In this document: positions 1 through 12,175 of the stretch, piece by piece
Layout: each line of letters begins with the position of its first letter
Numbering within the stretch: position 1 is the stretch's first letter
Source of the DNA: Isurus oxyrinchus
Lineage: Eukaryota
DNA length: 64,000 bases
Direction of reading: 5' to 3'
Assembly (NCBI GenBank): GCA_026770705.1
Contig: JANJGN010000150.1
Coordinates: 372,001 to 436,000, forward strand
Notes under the pieces: generated by a model
Told to the model about the DNA's origin: nothing
Databases searched by the model: none
The model's input: only the letters and a program-made list of their open reading frames with translations
Translations under genes and position numbers: made by a program

Positions 1-1059
1 AATAAACTTACTCTTTCTTTGACTCCTCCAAACGTGGTTTAATTGGTTCATTCTTAACAATCAAAGAGACTTGCTTTGGAAATTGCATTTGGGGGAAAAT
101 ATATTTTAAACCCTTTTTTTCAACCAACCATAATTACCTCTTAAACATCTTAATCTCATTACTACTGAATTCAAAGCCCACATCTCAAAACATACAAGTT
201 GGAAATTAGTTGTGACAGTTGTTTCAAGTTTCCCTCCAGGATTTGAACAGCTCAGCATTTACCATCTGTTATGTCATAACAGAGCTTCCTTCAACTTAAC
301 CAACGAGCCAAAAACGTATTGAACTGTTTAAAGGAGACCTGTTTTTCAAAAGTACAAGATTAGGCATTGATCAAAAATGGCTGTCACGAGTCACCTGATT
401 GCTGATACTGCAAACTTGATCACTTCTCTGGAAAGCTTCAAATGAATTGCACTAAAGACATGTTGCATGAAAGTTCTCACTGAGGTGTGTCAGGGTCCAC
501 CTGAAACAGGGGCTCCATTAAAAATGCAAAGCGCTGGACTCTGATCACTGTAGGTCTATCAAGCTAATGGGAACTGCTCACCATGCAGATATTCATCAGT
601 CATTCAAAACCTCTTGTGGAGGATGAAATGCCTCCATCTCCTGTTGATTTATATCTTGAAATGCATCAAATGTTTCAGAGATGCAAAGATCAAAAAAGGG
701 ATTACTTGGTCTGTGACAATGAATGCAAGACATGCTGATCGAATTCCCTTTGGGAATATACAGACAGGAGTTTAGCAACAGGTTCTGTCAAGCAGATATA
801 AGAGAAAGTAGGAGGAAAAAGAAAGATGGCAGTCACCCAAAAACACTGCTGGAAAAGAGCAGAAATTCTCTCTCTCTCTCTCTCTCATTCTGAAGCTAAC
901 AGCGCATCTTCAACAAAGTGCAAATCTGAATCAAATCACCACCAGGATGCCACAGGAAACCAATTAACCTTGAACAGCTGCAAATGTCAACAATCTACAC
1001 CTCAAAGTCAAGCAATTGTATTAATCATATATTCTTTTAAATTTTTATTGGACTCTAAC

Positions 1060-1245
1060 NNNNNNNNNNNNNNNNNNNNNNNNNNNNNNNNNNNNNNNNN
1101 NNNNNNNNNNNNNNNNNNNNNNNNNNNNNNNNNNNNNNNNNNNNNNNNNNNNNNNNNNNNNNNNNNNNNNNNNNNNNNNNNNNNNNNNNNNNNNNNNNNN
1201 NNNNNNNNNNNNNNNNNNNNNNNNNNNNNNNNNNNNNNNNNNNNN
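1060..1245. other. Assembly gap (N run)
   Basis: Run of N characters. Confidence 0.99.
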
Positions 1246-1507
1246 GTGAGTGTGTGTCTGTCTATGTACCCTTGTGAGTGAGTGTGTGTGTGTGTGTACA
1301 TGTGTGCGTGTGGATTGTTGCATCTTTATTATTAACGTTATTTAAAAATAGTGATCACACAAGCCTGGTTTCTAAGGAAATGAAACTGCAAACAATTTAC
1401 AGTAAAATGAAACATACAGGAATAATCTATTTATTTTGAGCTGATGATATATAATTATACATGAGGCATGTTGCTAATTTCAAATGTCATCTGAAATATG
1501 GCAGGTC

Positions 1508-1795
1508 TGACAGAGCAGCATTCCCTCAGTGCCCATCCTCTGACAGTGCAGCACTCCCTCAGCATTGACCCTTTGAGAGTGCAGCACTCCTTCAGTATTG
1601 ACCCTCTGGAAGTGCAGCACTCCCTCAGCACTGACCCTCTGGGAGTGCAGCTCTCCCTCAGTACCGACCCTCTGGAAGTGCAGCACTCCCTCAGTGCTAA
1701 CCCTCCAACAGTGCAGCACTCTCTCAGTACTGACCCTCTGACAGTGCAGCACTCCCTCAGTACTGACCCTCCAACAGTGCAGCACTCCCTCACTG
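1508..1795 (-). repeat. 33-bp minisatellite (AGTGCAGCACTCCCTCAGTACTGACCCTCTGAC) within a Deu-SINE fragment
   Basis: About 9 tandem 33-bp units; source of the 11-aa RECCTVGGSVL / QHSLSTDPLTV pseudo-ORFs. Confidence 0.9.
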
Positions 1796-1860
1796 GGAAG
1801 AGTCCGTCCGCATTTTAAGCTGAAACCTTGAGACGGTCTCAAAATCCCAACCTTCCATCT

Positions 1861-2513
1861 CAGAGAGAGAGAGTGCGTTTATGTGAGAGAGAGAGACAAT
1901 GTATGTGTGAGAGACTGAGAGTGTGTATGTGTGAGAGAGCAAAAGAGAGGTAGAGTGTGTGTGCATGAGAGAGGGAGGTAGCTTGTGTGTGTGAGAGAGA
2001 GAGTGTGTGTGAGAGAAAGAGAACGTCTGTGAGAGTGAGAGAGAATTTATGTGTGAGAGAGAAAGATAGAGAGAATGTGCGTGTGAGATAGTGTGTGTGC
2101 AAAAGAGAGTGTGTGTCTGTGAGAGAGTGTTTGTGTATGTGAGAGTGTGTGTGTGAGATCGTGTGTGTGTGTGTGTTTGAGAAAGAGGGTGTGTGTGTTT
2201 GAGAGAGGGAGTGTGCGAGAAAGAGATGGTGTGAGTGTTTGAGGGAGGGGGAGATTGTGTGTTTGAGACAGGGAGTGAGAGAGAACATGTGTGTGAGAGA
2301 GAGAGTGTGTGTGTATGTGTGTGTGTGAAAGAGAAAGTGTTTGTGCAAAACAGTGTGTGTTTGAGAGTATGTGTGCATGTGTGAGTGTGTGTGTGTGTGT
2401 GCTAATGTTTGTGTCTGTGTGTGTGTGAGGGTTTGTGTGTGAGTGAGTTTGTGCGTTTGTGTGCATGTGTGTGTGCATGTGTGTGCGTGAAAGAGTGTTT
2501 GTGCAAAAGAGTG
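1861..2513. repeat. Compound (GA)n/(GT)n microsatellite
   Basis: Degenerate GA/GT dinucleotide tract running into the N gap. Confidence 0.95.
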
Positions 2514-2736
2514 NNNNNNNNNNNNNNNNNNNNNNNNNNNNNNNNNNNNNNNNNNNNNNNNNNNNNNNNNNNNNNNNNNNNNNNNNNNNNNNNNNNNNNN
2601 NNNNNNNNNNNNNNNNNNNNNNNNNNNNNNNNNNNNNNNNNNNNNNNNNNNNNNNNNNNNNNNNNNNNNNNNNNNNNNNNNNNNNNNNNNNNNNNNNNNN
2701 NNNNNNNNNNNNNNNNNNNNNNNNNNNNNNNNNNNN
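2514..2736. other. Assembly gap (N run)
   Basis: Run of N characters. Confidence 0.99.
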
Positions 2737-2824
2737 ACAGTTACACACGTTGCTAGGGACCACTTTTCCGCCTCTCTGTCAGACTGTGTGTATCTGACAG
2801 CAGGTCAGGCAGAAATAGTCCAGA

Positions 2825-3148
2825 ATGCATTGTGGTTTTGTAGCATTGAAACAACGACATGAACTAAATGAGTGCTGCACCAAATAAAGACATGGAGTGA
2901 CCACACCAAAAAACCACGTGACTTCCCCAGTTTCATATCTCCCTCAAACACAGAAAAACTGGGTTAACACTGACCCTCCTCCCAGAGCCAGTTCACCTCG
3001 TGTCCGATGCAGTCAGGAGAGGAAGATCATCTCTCCTCCGATCCTGCTAAACTGAACATTTCCAGAATGAGATCAGCTCCCTGAAGTGTCTCCAGTTAGA
3101 CATTCATCTGACAGGATTGACTCTACAACCCTGGGGACTCATTCTCCT
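2825..3148 (+). promoter_or_regulatory. Candidate promoter and non-coding first exon of the plus-strand Siglec-like gene
   Basis: Unique sequence with RUNX-like (TGTGGTT, ACCACA), E-box CACGTG and PU.1/ETS-like ACTTCCCC motifs at ~2830-2930; strong donor CCT|GTAAGT at 3149 upstream of the signal-peptide exon. Confidence 0.4.
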
Positions 3149-3194
3149 GTAAGTAAAACACTTGCTGCTCCTGTCAAATCTCTTCTGTACAGCA

Positions 3195-3470
3195 TGGTCT
3201 CTGGATGTCCCAGAACACTTTACAATAGAGTTCACCCTTTTTTCGAAGTGTGGTTACTGTCGTAATGTAGGAAACGCAGCAGCCAATTAGCGCACAGCAA
3301 GATCCCACAAACAGCAATGTGATCACCTGTTTTTGGTGATGTTGGTTGAGGGATAAATATTGGTCCCAGGACACGGGGGAGATCTCCCCCCTGCTCTTCC
3401 TCCAAATAGTGGCTGTGGGATCTTTCACACCCGCCCGAGAGGGCAGACGGGGGTCTCGGTTTAGTGTCTA
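3195..3470 (-). mobile_element. Deu-domain SINE (SacSINE1/AmnSINE-like) fragment
   Basis: Reverse complement of the AAAGATCCCACAGCCACTATTT...TTGTGGGATCTTGCTGTGC Deu core. Confidence 0.8.
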
Positions 3471-4046
3471 ATATTGGACTAATCTCCAGGCGAGGTTGGC
3501 TGGATGGATTATTGACAAGGTCCATTCACCCTGTAAAGAGTTTCTCTGGTTTGAAATACCCGATCAAACATCGAGTTCTGTGTCTAAAACTTGTGTTGAA
3601 AAGACACCTTTCCCGCTCTTCACCTGCCATTAGGTTGTTGAGTCTTCACACGCTCCGTCTGTCCGTGGCCAACCCCTCTTAGCTCATCCTTTCCTTGTCG
3701 TACATCGAGCTGTTCATCCTGACGGGTTCCCTCCTTCCCAGTAACACTCCATCTCCGACAACAAACTAACTCCCAACACGTTGATGATTTGTATGGATTC
3801 CAGCATCAGTTGGTTCTGTCTGAGGCTGTTTCTCTGATCGGGGACCGAGCTGTTCTGAATGGACATTGTGTTCAGTACTGATCCTCCGACAGTGCAGCAC
3901 TCCCTCAGTACTTACCCTCTGACAGTGCAGCACGCCCTCAGTACTGATCGTCTGACAGTGCAGCACTCCCTCACCACTCCCTCACTGGGGAGAATCTACC
4001 TGGGTTTTGAGCTGAAATCATGAGCAGGTCTTAAAACATTCTGTAT

Positions 4047-5470
4047 CAGAGAGAGAGATAGTGTCTGAGAGAGAGAGAGAGACAGAGAGACTGTGTGAGA
4101 GAGAAAAAGAGATAGAGAGAGTGTGTGCATGTGTGAGGGAGAGTGTTTGTATATGAGGGAGAGAGTGTGCATGTGAGAGTGTGTGAGAGAGAGTATGTGT
4201 GTGCGAGGGAGAGAAAGAGGGAGACAGCAGAAGATCGAGATGAAGAGAAATGTTAAATGTTTGAGAGAGAGAGAATGTGTGTGTCTGACAGACAGAGTGT
4301 GTGTGTGTGAGAGAGAGTGTGTGCTTGACAGAAAGAGAGATTGTGTTAGTTTTAGGGAAAGTATGTGAGTGTGTGAGAGAGTGTTTGTGTCTGAGAGAGA
4401 GAGAGAATGTATTTGAGGGAGGGAGACAGAGAGAATATGTGTGTGAGAGAGAGAGAGATAGAGCAGAAGAGTGCGATAGAGAGAGATTGTGAGTGTTAGA
4501 GAGAGAATGTGTGTGTGAGAGAGAGAGAGAGAGAGCAGAACAGTGTGATAGAGAGAGATTGTGAGTGTTAGAGAGAGAATGTGTGTGTGAGAGAGAGAGA
4601 GATAGAGCACAGGAGTGTGATAGAGAGAGATTGTGAATGTTAGAGAGAGAAAGTGTGAGTGAGAGAGACAGAGATAGAGCAGAAGAGTGTGATAGAGATT
4701 GTGAGTGTTAGAGAGAGAATGTGTGTGTGAGAGAGAGTGAGATAGAGCAGAAGAGTGTGATAGAGAGAGATTGTGAATGTTAGAGAGAGAATGTGTGTGT
4801 GTGAGAGAGAGAGATAGAGCAGAAGAGTGTGATAGAGAGAGATTGTGAGTGTTAGAGAGAGAATGTGAGTGTGAGAGAGAGAGAGATAGAGCAGAAGAGT
4901 GCGATAGAGAGAGATTGTGAGTGTTAGAGAGAGAATGTGAGTGTGAGAGAGAGAGAGATAGAGCAGAAGAGTGCGATAGAGAGAGATTGTGAGTGTTAGA
5001 GAGAGAATGTGTGTTTGTGTGAGAGAGAAAGATCGAGCAGAAGAGTGCGATAGAGAGAGATTGTGAATGTTAGAGAGAGAATGTGTGTGTGTGAGAGAGA
5101 GATAGAGCAGAATAGTGTGATAGAGAGAGATTGTGTTTGTGAGAGAGAGAGAGAGAGAAGAAGAGTGCATTTGAGAGAGATTGTGAGTGTTAGAGAGAGA
5201 AGGTGTGTGTGTGAGAGAGAGAGATAGAGCAGAAGAGTGTGATAGAGAGGATTGTGAGTGTTAGAGAGAGAATGTGTGTGTGTGAGAGAGAGAGAGAGAG
5301 CAGAAGAGTGTGATAGAGAGAGATTGTGAGTGTTAGAGAGAGAATGTGTGTGTGTGAGAGAGAGAGAGAGCAGAAGAGTGTGATAGAGAGAGATTGTGAG
5401 TGTTAGAGAGAGAATGTGTGTGTGAGAGAGAGAGAGAGAGCAGAATAGTGTGATAGATAGAGATTGTGAG
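4047..5470. repeat. GA/GT microsatellite organised as a ~72-bp higher-order repeat
   Basis: GATT anchors recur at 4557, 4629, 4697, 4769...; explains the 24-aa TLTISLYRTLLLYLSLSHTHILSL pseudo-ORF. Confidence 0.9.
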
Positions 5471-5734
5471 GACTAAACTCACTGAGAGAAAAAGCTGGAC
5501 ACCCAGCACAGGGAGTGAGGGAACAATGAATTTTTGCCCTGTTTGGTGAATCGGTTTGCGATGTCCCTTCTCAATCTCTCCTTCCTTGTCTTGACATTAG
5601 TTTATTCCCTGGTGCTGTTTAACTCACTGAAAGGTGCCATTTAACCACAAGTTGTTGTTTGAGGAAGAAACGCTGGGGACAATTTATGAAAAAGTCTCTG
5701 TCTTTATCATTTCCATTTAGATGAGGAACTGAAG

Positions 5735-5780
5735 ATGGGAGAGGTCGGTCTGATATTGATCTTCATCAGCTTGCTGCAAG
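5735..5780 (+). pseudogene. Signal-peptide exon of plus-strand Siglec-like gene (MGEVGLILIFISLLQ-G, phase 1)
   Basis: Acceptor TTTAG at 5720, ATG 5735, hydrophobic leader ending LLQG typical of Siglec/MAG-like leaders, donor CAAG|GT at 5781; joins in frame to exon at 6601. Confidence 0.85.
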
Positions 5781-6119
5781 GTACAAATTCATTACTGATC
5801 GGAACTCAGGGAATTGGATTCTTTCCTGGAGTGAGGAAGTGAACATTTAATTTTAGAGAACAGGGTTAGTGATCACACAGAGAGTGAGTGATTAGCGAGT
5901 CAGAGAATATAGCAAAAGAAAAAGCCTCATATGGACTCGAAACACCAACTCTGTTTCTCTCTCCACAGATGCTGTCAGACCTGCTGAGTTTTTCCAGCAT
6001 TTTCTGTTTGTGCATCAGAGAGCTTGTTTCAATAGGAATGACAGTGCATTTATACAGCACCTTTAATGCAGTAAAACATCCTTATTGCTTCACAGGATTC
6101 CCCCACAAGGGGTAACATC

Positions 6120-6520
6120 CCCTCAGCATCCACCCTGTCAAACCCCCCACCACCTCAGAATCTTATATGTTTCAATAAGATCACCTCTCATTCTTCTAAA
6201 CTCCAATGGATACAGGGCCCAACCTGCTCAACATTTCCTCATAAGACAAACCCCCTTCATCCCAGGAATCAGCCCAGTGATCCTCCTCTGAACTGCCTCC
6301 AATGCAGAGTCTATCCCTCCCTAAGTAAGGAGACCAGAACTGTACACACTGCTCCTGATACAATCTCACCAACGCCCTGTACAGTTGTAGCAAGACTTCC
6401 CTCCTTTTATACTCCATCCCTTTGCAATAAAGGCCAACATTCCACTTGCCTTCCTCATTCCGTGGTGTTCCTGAATGCTGACTTTCTGTGATTCATGTAC
6501 AAGGACACCCAGATCCCTCT
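6120..6520 (-). mobile_element. CR1 LINE 3' fragment
   Basis: ORF 6196-6417 EYKRREVLLQLYRALVR..QFWSPY is the CR1 ORF2 C-terminal motif. Confidence 0.85.
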
Positions 6521-6600
6521 GTACCGCATTCTGCTGACTCTCTCCATTGAAGTAATATTCTGCTTTTTGATGTCCTGTCTCTTCCCTTGTTGCCTTTCAG

Positions 6601-6888
6601 GAGTGACGTCAGAGGGATGGTCTATGAAGGCGCTGCCTCGGAGGGCCATCAGCAGCTCTTGTGTGGTTATTCCGTGTAGCTTTGACTTTCCTTCCCACTC
6701 TTACACAGCACTGCACGGAGCTTGGTATAAATATTGGTATAGATGGAAATATACCATCACATACACCAAAGATCCCAATTATGGGGTGGCCACATTCGTG
6801 GGACGTGCTAAAATAATCGGCGACTTGGAAGGGAAGAATTGTTCGGTGAGGATTGATAGTCTCAGAGCTGAAGACAGTGACGTGTATT
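6601..6888 (+). pseudogene. Truncated Siglec-type Ig V-set exon (GVTSEGWSMKALPRRAISSSCVVIPCSFDFP...GRAKIIGDLEGKNCSVRIDSLRAEDSDVY)
   Basis: Acceptor CTTTCAG|6601; Siglec V hallmarks W on A strand, SCVxIPC, GxW, GDL..NCS, D.SD.Y; breaks into Gypsy gag at ~6889, stop at 6900-6902, no donor. Confidence 0.85.
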
Positions 6889-7289
6889 GCACCCAATTCT
6901 AAATCTTTTCACCAATTAGTCGTCCTCATGAAGATGTGTTTTCAGCTGAAGCCGTGGGTAATAATGCAGAGGTTTAAGTTTAACTCCAGAGTAAGGGCCC
7001 AGGGAGAGTCCATCGCAACCTATACAGTGAAGTGGAAGCAGGTGACTGAGCACTGGGACCTCGGAGACACACTCAATGACATGTTGCGGGGCCGATTGGT
7101 TTGTGTCGTTCACCCCAACGCCATTCAGAGCCGTTTACTCGCAGAAGCCGACATCGATTTGAAGCGCACCATGGAAATAGCGCCAGGCATGGAAAGTGCT
7201 GGGAGAGACTGGCGGGATTTACAGGATGTACAACATGGCACCAGTCCTCAGCTGGGACAGGAACCAACCACCGGGCGTGAGGCTCAAAC

Positions 7290-7326
<37 letters not shown>

Positions 7327-7975
7327 CCGCCAAGCGAGAGACAGTCTCTGCCGCTCCAGAAACTAAAAGGCTTCGTGGGAGTATTTCAGCAGCAACTCTG
7401 AAGTTGGCCTGTTCTCGATGTGGGGGGCATTGAGCACGTACTGGACACCTGCAGGTTCAAGGGGGCAGAATGCCATCACTGCCACAAGAAAGGGGCGGGT
7501 AATAAAGCAATGCAGGGTGAAATCGAGACAGCCCATCAGGCAGTGCACCAACATGATGGAAGTGAATAATATCACAGAGCCTGAAGCTGCTGATACCGAT
7601 GTCTATTCCCTGTCCAATGTCACAGTGGTAAAAACTGAACCTATAACCATCACAATCCAAGTGAATGGGCAGCCACTAGTAATGGGGCAGATACGGGAGC
7701 CTCAGACACAGTGGTGGAAGAGCCCACATTTAAACAGCTAAATGAAGGAACCCAGACGCTGAATTTAGAGCAAACAATGGATCAGCTGAAGACACACACT
7801 GGAGAATCCATACAGGGAAAGGACCTCATCCCAGTACCTGTGTCCTACAGGCAGCAGACAGCCCAGCTTCCAGTGATCATAGCGACAGGTGAGGGCCCTA
7901 GTCTTCTGGGCCGAGACTGGTTCCAGAAAACCAAGCTCAGCTGCTCTGAAATGTTTCACTGGAGGAGTTGCTGAG
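6889..7975 (+). mobile_element. Ty3/Gypsy LTR retrotransposon internal gag-protease fragment (decayed)
   Basis: VIMQRFKFNSRVRAQGESIA...LNDMLRGRLVC, TEPITITIQVNGQPL, GEGPSLLGRDWF; homologous to 58025-59254. Confidence 0.85.
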
Positions 7976-8038
7976 TTGCTGGGGGAATATGAGAGTGTAT
8001 CTCGGAATGAGTTTGAAGAATTGAAGCATCCTCACAGG

Positions 8039-8256
8039 CTGCAAGTGTCCCTCAGGTCAGAGTTGGTTCCACTGGAAAATCCTGAAGAGAAAGAAAGCGA
8101 ATTCTGTGCCGCTCTGAGCAAACTGAAGAAACAGTTGGCAGGGAAGACCCAACCATGTCCAATGTTCCAGGAGGAAGGCAAGAGATACAAGGAAGAGACT
8201 GAAGAGCTGAAGATTCAGCTGAATGAAACCAAAGAGGCAGTTACAGTATCACAACA
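8039..8256 (+). pseudogene. Coiled-coil coding fragment resembling UACA/RAI14/ANKRD24 family
   Basis: LQVSLRSELVPLENPEEKESEFCAALSKLKKQLAGKTQ..QEEGKRYKEETEELK heptad pattern; family resemblance from memory, not searched. Confidence 0.4.
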
Positions 8257-8269
8257 AGTTTACAGAGCA

Positions 8270-8592
8270 GAAGGAGGCCATTCAGCCCGTCGAGCCTGTT
8301 ACACAGGAACAGGAAGAGGCCCATTCAGCCCCCTCGAGACTGTTACACAGGAACAGAAGGGGGCCATTCAGCCACTGATGTCTGTTACACAGGAACGGAA
8401 GGAGGCCCATTTAGCTCCTCAAGCCTGTTATACAGGAACAGGAGGAGGCCCATTCAGCCCCCTCGAGCCTGTTACACAGGAACTGGAGGAGGCCCATTCA
8501 GCCACATTGAGCCTGTTACACAGAAAAAGGACGAGGCCCATTCAGCCACTGATGCCCGTTACACAGGAACAGGAGGAGGCCATTCAGCCCCT
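8270..8592 (+). repeat. ~43-bp minisatellite (GAGCCTGTTACACAGGAACAGGAGGAGGCCCATTCAGCCCCTC)
   Basis: About 7 tandem units; same family as 62395-63180; resembles the reversed CR1 3' tail. Confidence 0.9.
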
Positions 8593-9824
8593 TGTAGGGT
8601 GTGGTGGTGTGTGTCAGCTTCACCTGCGACTTCTGAGCCGTCTGAATCACTCCCACTCCCTGGGTTCTAGACCTTGGACTTATTCGGGGCTTGTCACAAA
8701 GTGCAGCGGACAACTGGTTTTGGTGCAAGACAAAAACTGAGTTTATTGAAGTCACAAATGAACTTCTAACATTAGGATGACACTGAGATTATACAGACTT
8801 ACAAAGTACACTGAGTTAAGAATAGGGAACACATGGCATAACGAGGGAGAATCACGCTACTAATGCCCTTACCCTTGTCCCACCCCCCATCCCTAACTAA
8901 ATTGCACTAGGAGAGGTCAGGGGTCACGCTCACCAACCCAGGGTTCCTCGACAGTTGGAAATCCAGCCAGGTAAGCCGGTTGCAGTTTTGGGGGACGCTC
9001 TTTGTATCCTCTGGGGCCTGTCAGCCCCACGTGGTCCTGGTCTGTGGAATCTGTGAAGGGTCTTCAGTTGGGTGGAGGGCGCGGTTGTGGGTGGTCGATC
9101 TTCATGGAGGGCAGCGGTTGTGGCCTTGTTGTCTTCGGTTGAGCCTGCTACCCCGTGCCCCTCACCGTGATGTTGCCTGTGGGCCTGCAAACCTCCAGAT
9201 CTCCTTGCTTAAACTCTGTTTCAACCGCTCCCAACTGCTCACTGCCCTGTGTCAGCTTTCAACACTGCAACCCTTCTGCTGGCTGGTTTCTCTCCCAACT
9301 GACTGCCCAGTTATACTGCCTTTCGAGTTTCTTATCGCAATCCAAATCAAGGTTCGTTCTTTGTTTGTCTTTGGTGGGCTTCCCCAGGTGATTGATGTCT
9401 CGTTGTTGTTAATGGGCTCGCATGATGTTTATCATTGTCTTCCTGCCCAGTAACTCGTTTTGAACTGAAAGCCATTGTATGTGTGGAGTATTGATGGGTT
9501 CGCATAATTAAATTGCCGGCCTCAGAAGTTAGGAGCGATTATTGATGCAAGATTTAGATGGGCTTCAGTTGCGTGTGAAGTGAAGTCTTTCTCTGGGTTG
9601 ATTGTATTAAAGGGAAGAATGCGTATTCTGTCTCCTCTCGTTGTCTGGTTTCAGGCCAAACATTCCACACTGCTCTCAATAAGCCCGGACATGTGCAGCC
9701 CCAGGCCTTCATGGGCCCAGCCTCCTGTCTGCAGGGTTTTCCACTTAACTCAGCAGTTTAAAGGTGCAAAAGTGATATCCTTGTTGATGATATGGAAAAT
9801 GTGGGAATTTTGAGAACCCTTCAA

Positions 9825-10110
9825 GAGATAGGGAGGGTTACAGGGGCTGGAGGAGGTTACAGGTATAGGGAGGGGTGTAGGGGTTGAAGGTGGTTACAGA
9901 GATGGGGAGGGTTGTGGGGGTTGAAGGTGGTTACAGAGATGGGGAGGGTTGTGGGGGTTGGAGGTGGTTACAGATATAGGGAGGGGTGTAGGGGTTGAAG
10001 GTGGTTACAGAGATGGGGAGGATTGTAGAGGCAGGTGGAGGCTGCCTTAGGGAGGGTTGTAGGGGCTGGAGGAAAGGGAGAGAGAGAGGAGGTTACAGAT
10101 ATAGGGAGGG
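9825..10110 (-). repeat. 37-bp L2-derived minisatellite (reverse orientation)
   Basis: GGAGGTTACAGAGATAGGGAGGGTTGTAGGGGCT units. Confidence 0.85.
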
Positions 10111-10257
10111 AGACAGTCAGAGAGAGAGCCTCCAGGAGATAGAGAGCGATAGAGAGATTGAGAGACAGACAGAGACTGAGAGAGGGAGAAGAGAGAAGGA
10201 GAGTGAGAGAGAGACAGAACAAGTGTGAAAGATGGTGGAAGGGAAGAGTGGGGAGGT

Positions 10258-10612
10258 GTTGGCCTGATGGTATTTTCACTGGACCAGTAATCCAGAGACT
10301 CAGTGTAATGCTCCTGGGACCCTGGTTAGAATCCCACCACAGCAGTTGGTGGAATTTCAATTCAATAAAAACCTGGAATTAAAAGTCCGATGATGACCAG
10401 GAAACCATTGCTGATTCTTGTATTTGGGTCACAAATGCCCTTTAGGGAGGGAAATCTGCTGTCCTTACCTGGTCTGGCCTACATGTGACTCCAGACCCAC
10501 AGCAAGGTGGTTCACTTTTAAAAAGTGGCCTCTGAACAAGGGCAATTAGGGTTGGGCAATAAATGCTGGCTAAGGCAGCGATGTCCACATCACATGAAAG
10601 AATGAAATAAAA
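10258..10612 (+). mobile_element. tRNA-derived SINE (abundant shark family)
   Basis: A-box/B-box-like head (GGTTAGAATCCC), GGAAATCTGCTGTCCTTACCTGGTCTGGCCTACATGTGACTCCAGACCCACAGCA body, GCAATAAATGCTGG tail. Confidence 0.75.
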
Positions 10613-11194
10613 GGACAGAGAGGGACAGACAGAGTCGAGAGACACCCAGAATGAAAAAAACACAGTAAACACTGGAAAATAAACATTCTGGTCTGATCTG
10701 GTCTTGTATACCTTCAAATGGAACACCAGTAAAACAGGGAAATAAGAGTACTGGGCCAAACTGTTAGAGAGGGTCACATTAAGAGAGAGAGAGAGAGAAA
10801 GAGGGAGACACTGAAAGAGTTAAGGACAAGGAAAGAAAGAGTGAGAGAGAGACAGAGAGAGACACACAAAGAAGTAGAAAGAAAGTGATAGAGATGAAGC
10901 AGGAGAGAATGAGGAGAAAGATAGATAGATAGAGAGAGAGGATGGTAGAGAAAGAGAACGAGAGGAAAAGAGACAAAGGCAGAATGTGATGGAACACTGA
11001 ATCCTTGTCTATGCGTTTTGAAATCCAGCCCAGAACTATCATTGGAAGATTCAGCGAGTGTCCAGTACAGGGGACCCAGCCCAACCTTCTCATCCTGACC
11101 TTCCCAGTGGGGCTGAAGAGGGCAGAGAGGAAACCTTCCTCTGTTATTCTGTTGTCGAATAAACACAACAATTCTGGAACTCTGCCCTTTCTAT

Positions 11195-11790
11195 CTCATG
11201 GATTAGAATATAAGGGGGCAGAGGTCATGCTTCAGTCTACATAAAGCCCTGGCTAGACCACACCTGGAGTCACTGTGAGACATTCTGGGCCCCACACCTT
11301 AGGAAGGATATATTGACCTCGGAGGGAGAGCAGTGTCAGTTTACCAGAATGAGACCGGGACTCCAAGGGTTAAATCACAAGGAGAGATTAAACACAAACT
11401 CGGCTTGTATTCCCTGGAAGTTAGAATGTTAAGCAGGAGATTTGATGAAAGTTCGCATGATAATAAGGGGAACAGATTGGGGGCGATAAAGAGAAACCAT
11501 TTCCCCTGGTTGGGGGGAGTCTGGGACTCGGGGTCAGAGCCTAAAAAGGAATTAAATTAGGAAGTACAAAGGGTGGGAGAAATTTGGAACGGTCTTCCCC
11601 AAACTGAAACTGATGCACGATCAAGTTGTTCATTTTAAACCTGTGAGACTGATAGAGTTTTGTTATCCAAAGGTATTAAAGGAGATGGGACAAAGGCATA
11701 TGGGGCTAGTTTGCAGATCAGCCATGAACTCTTTGAATGGTGGAGCAGGCTCGAGGGCCAAATGGCCTCCTCCTACCCTTATGTAATAGA
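11195..11790 (+). mobile_element. CR1 LINE 3' fragment
   Basis: GLEYKGAEVML motif, GGGCCAAATGGCCTCCTCCT 3' tail. Confidence 0.8.
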
Positions 11791-12175
11791 AACTTACCTG
11801 TCAGAAGCCAGTTTATGTTGATGTGAGTCTGAGTCGATGACTGAACCCAGTTGGTAACTTGTTCCATACAAAGCAAGAACGTTCATGCCCTTCAATGTTC
11901 CTGGATAAACCATGAACAAAGCTGGTGACAGACAGTCTCCACATGGTAAACACTGACCGATCAACACATGACATGGCTGTTAACCCCTAAACCTCAGCGT
12001 AAATCAGTTCCCCCTCGAGGCCCCTTGTCCGAAATAAAAGCAACGCACACAATTTGTAAAATAGTAAGTGTCTGGCAGGAAGGAGGAGCAATGAGAGGAG
12101 TAAGGGGTTAGGGGGCGTGCGCTTCACCTGATTTGCCGACATAAGAACCAGCCCCTCTGTTTTTGCTATGTTGTG

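Noticed and set aside
3996-5170. Long Ser/Leu/His/Thr-rich ORFs (also 1860-2763, 10774-11171, 15200-15721)
   Set aside because: GA/GT microsatellite translations.
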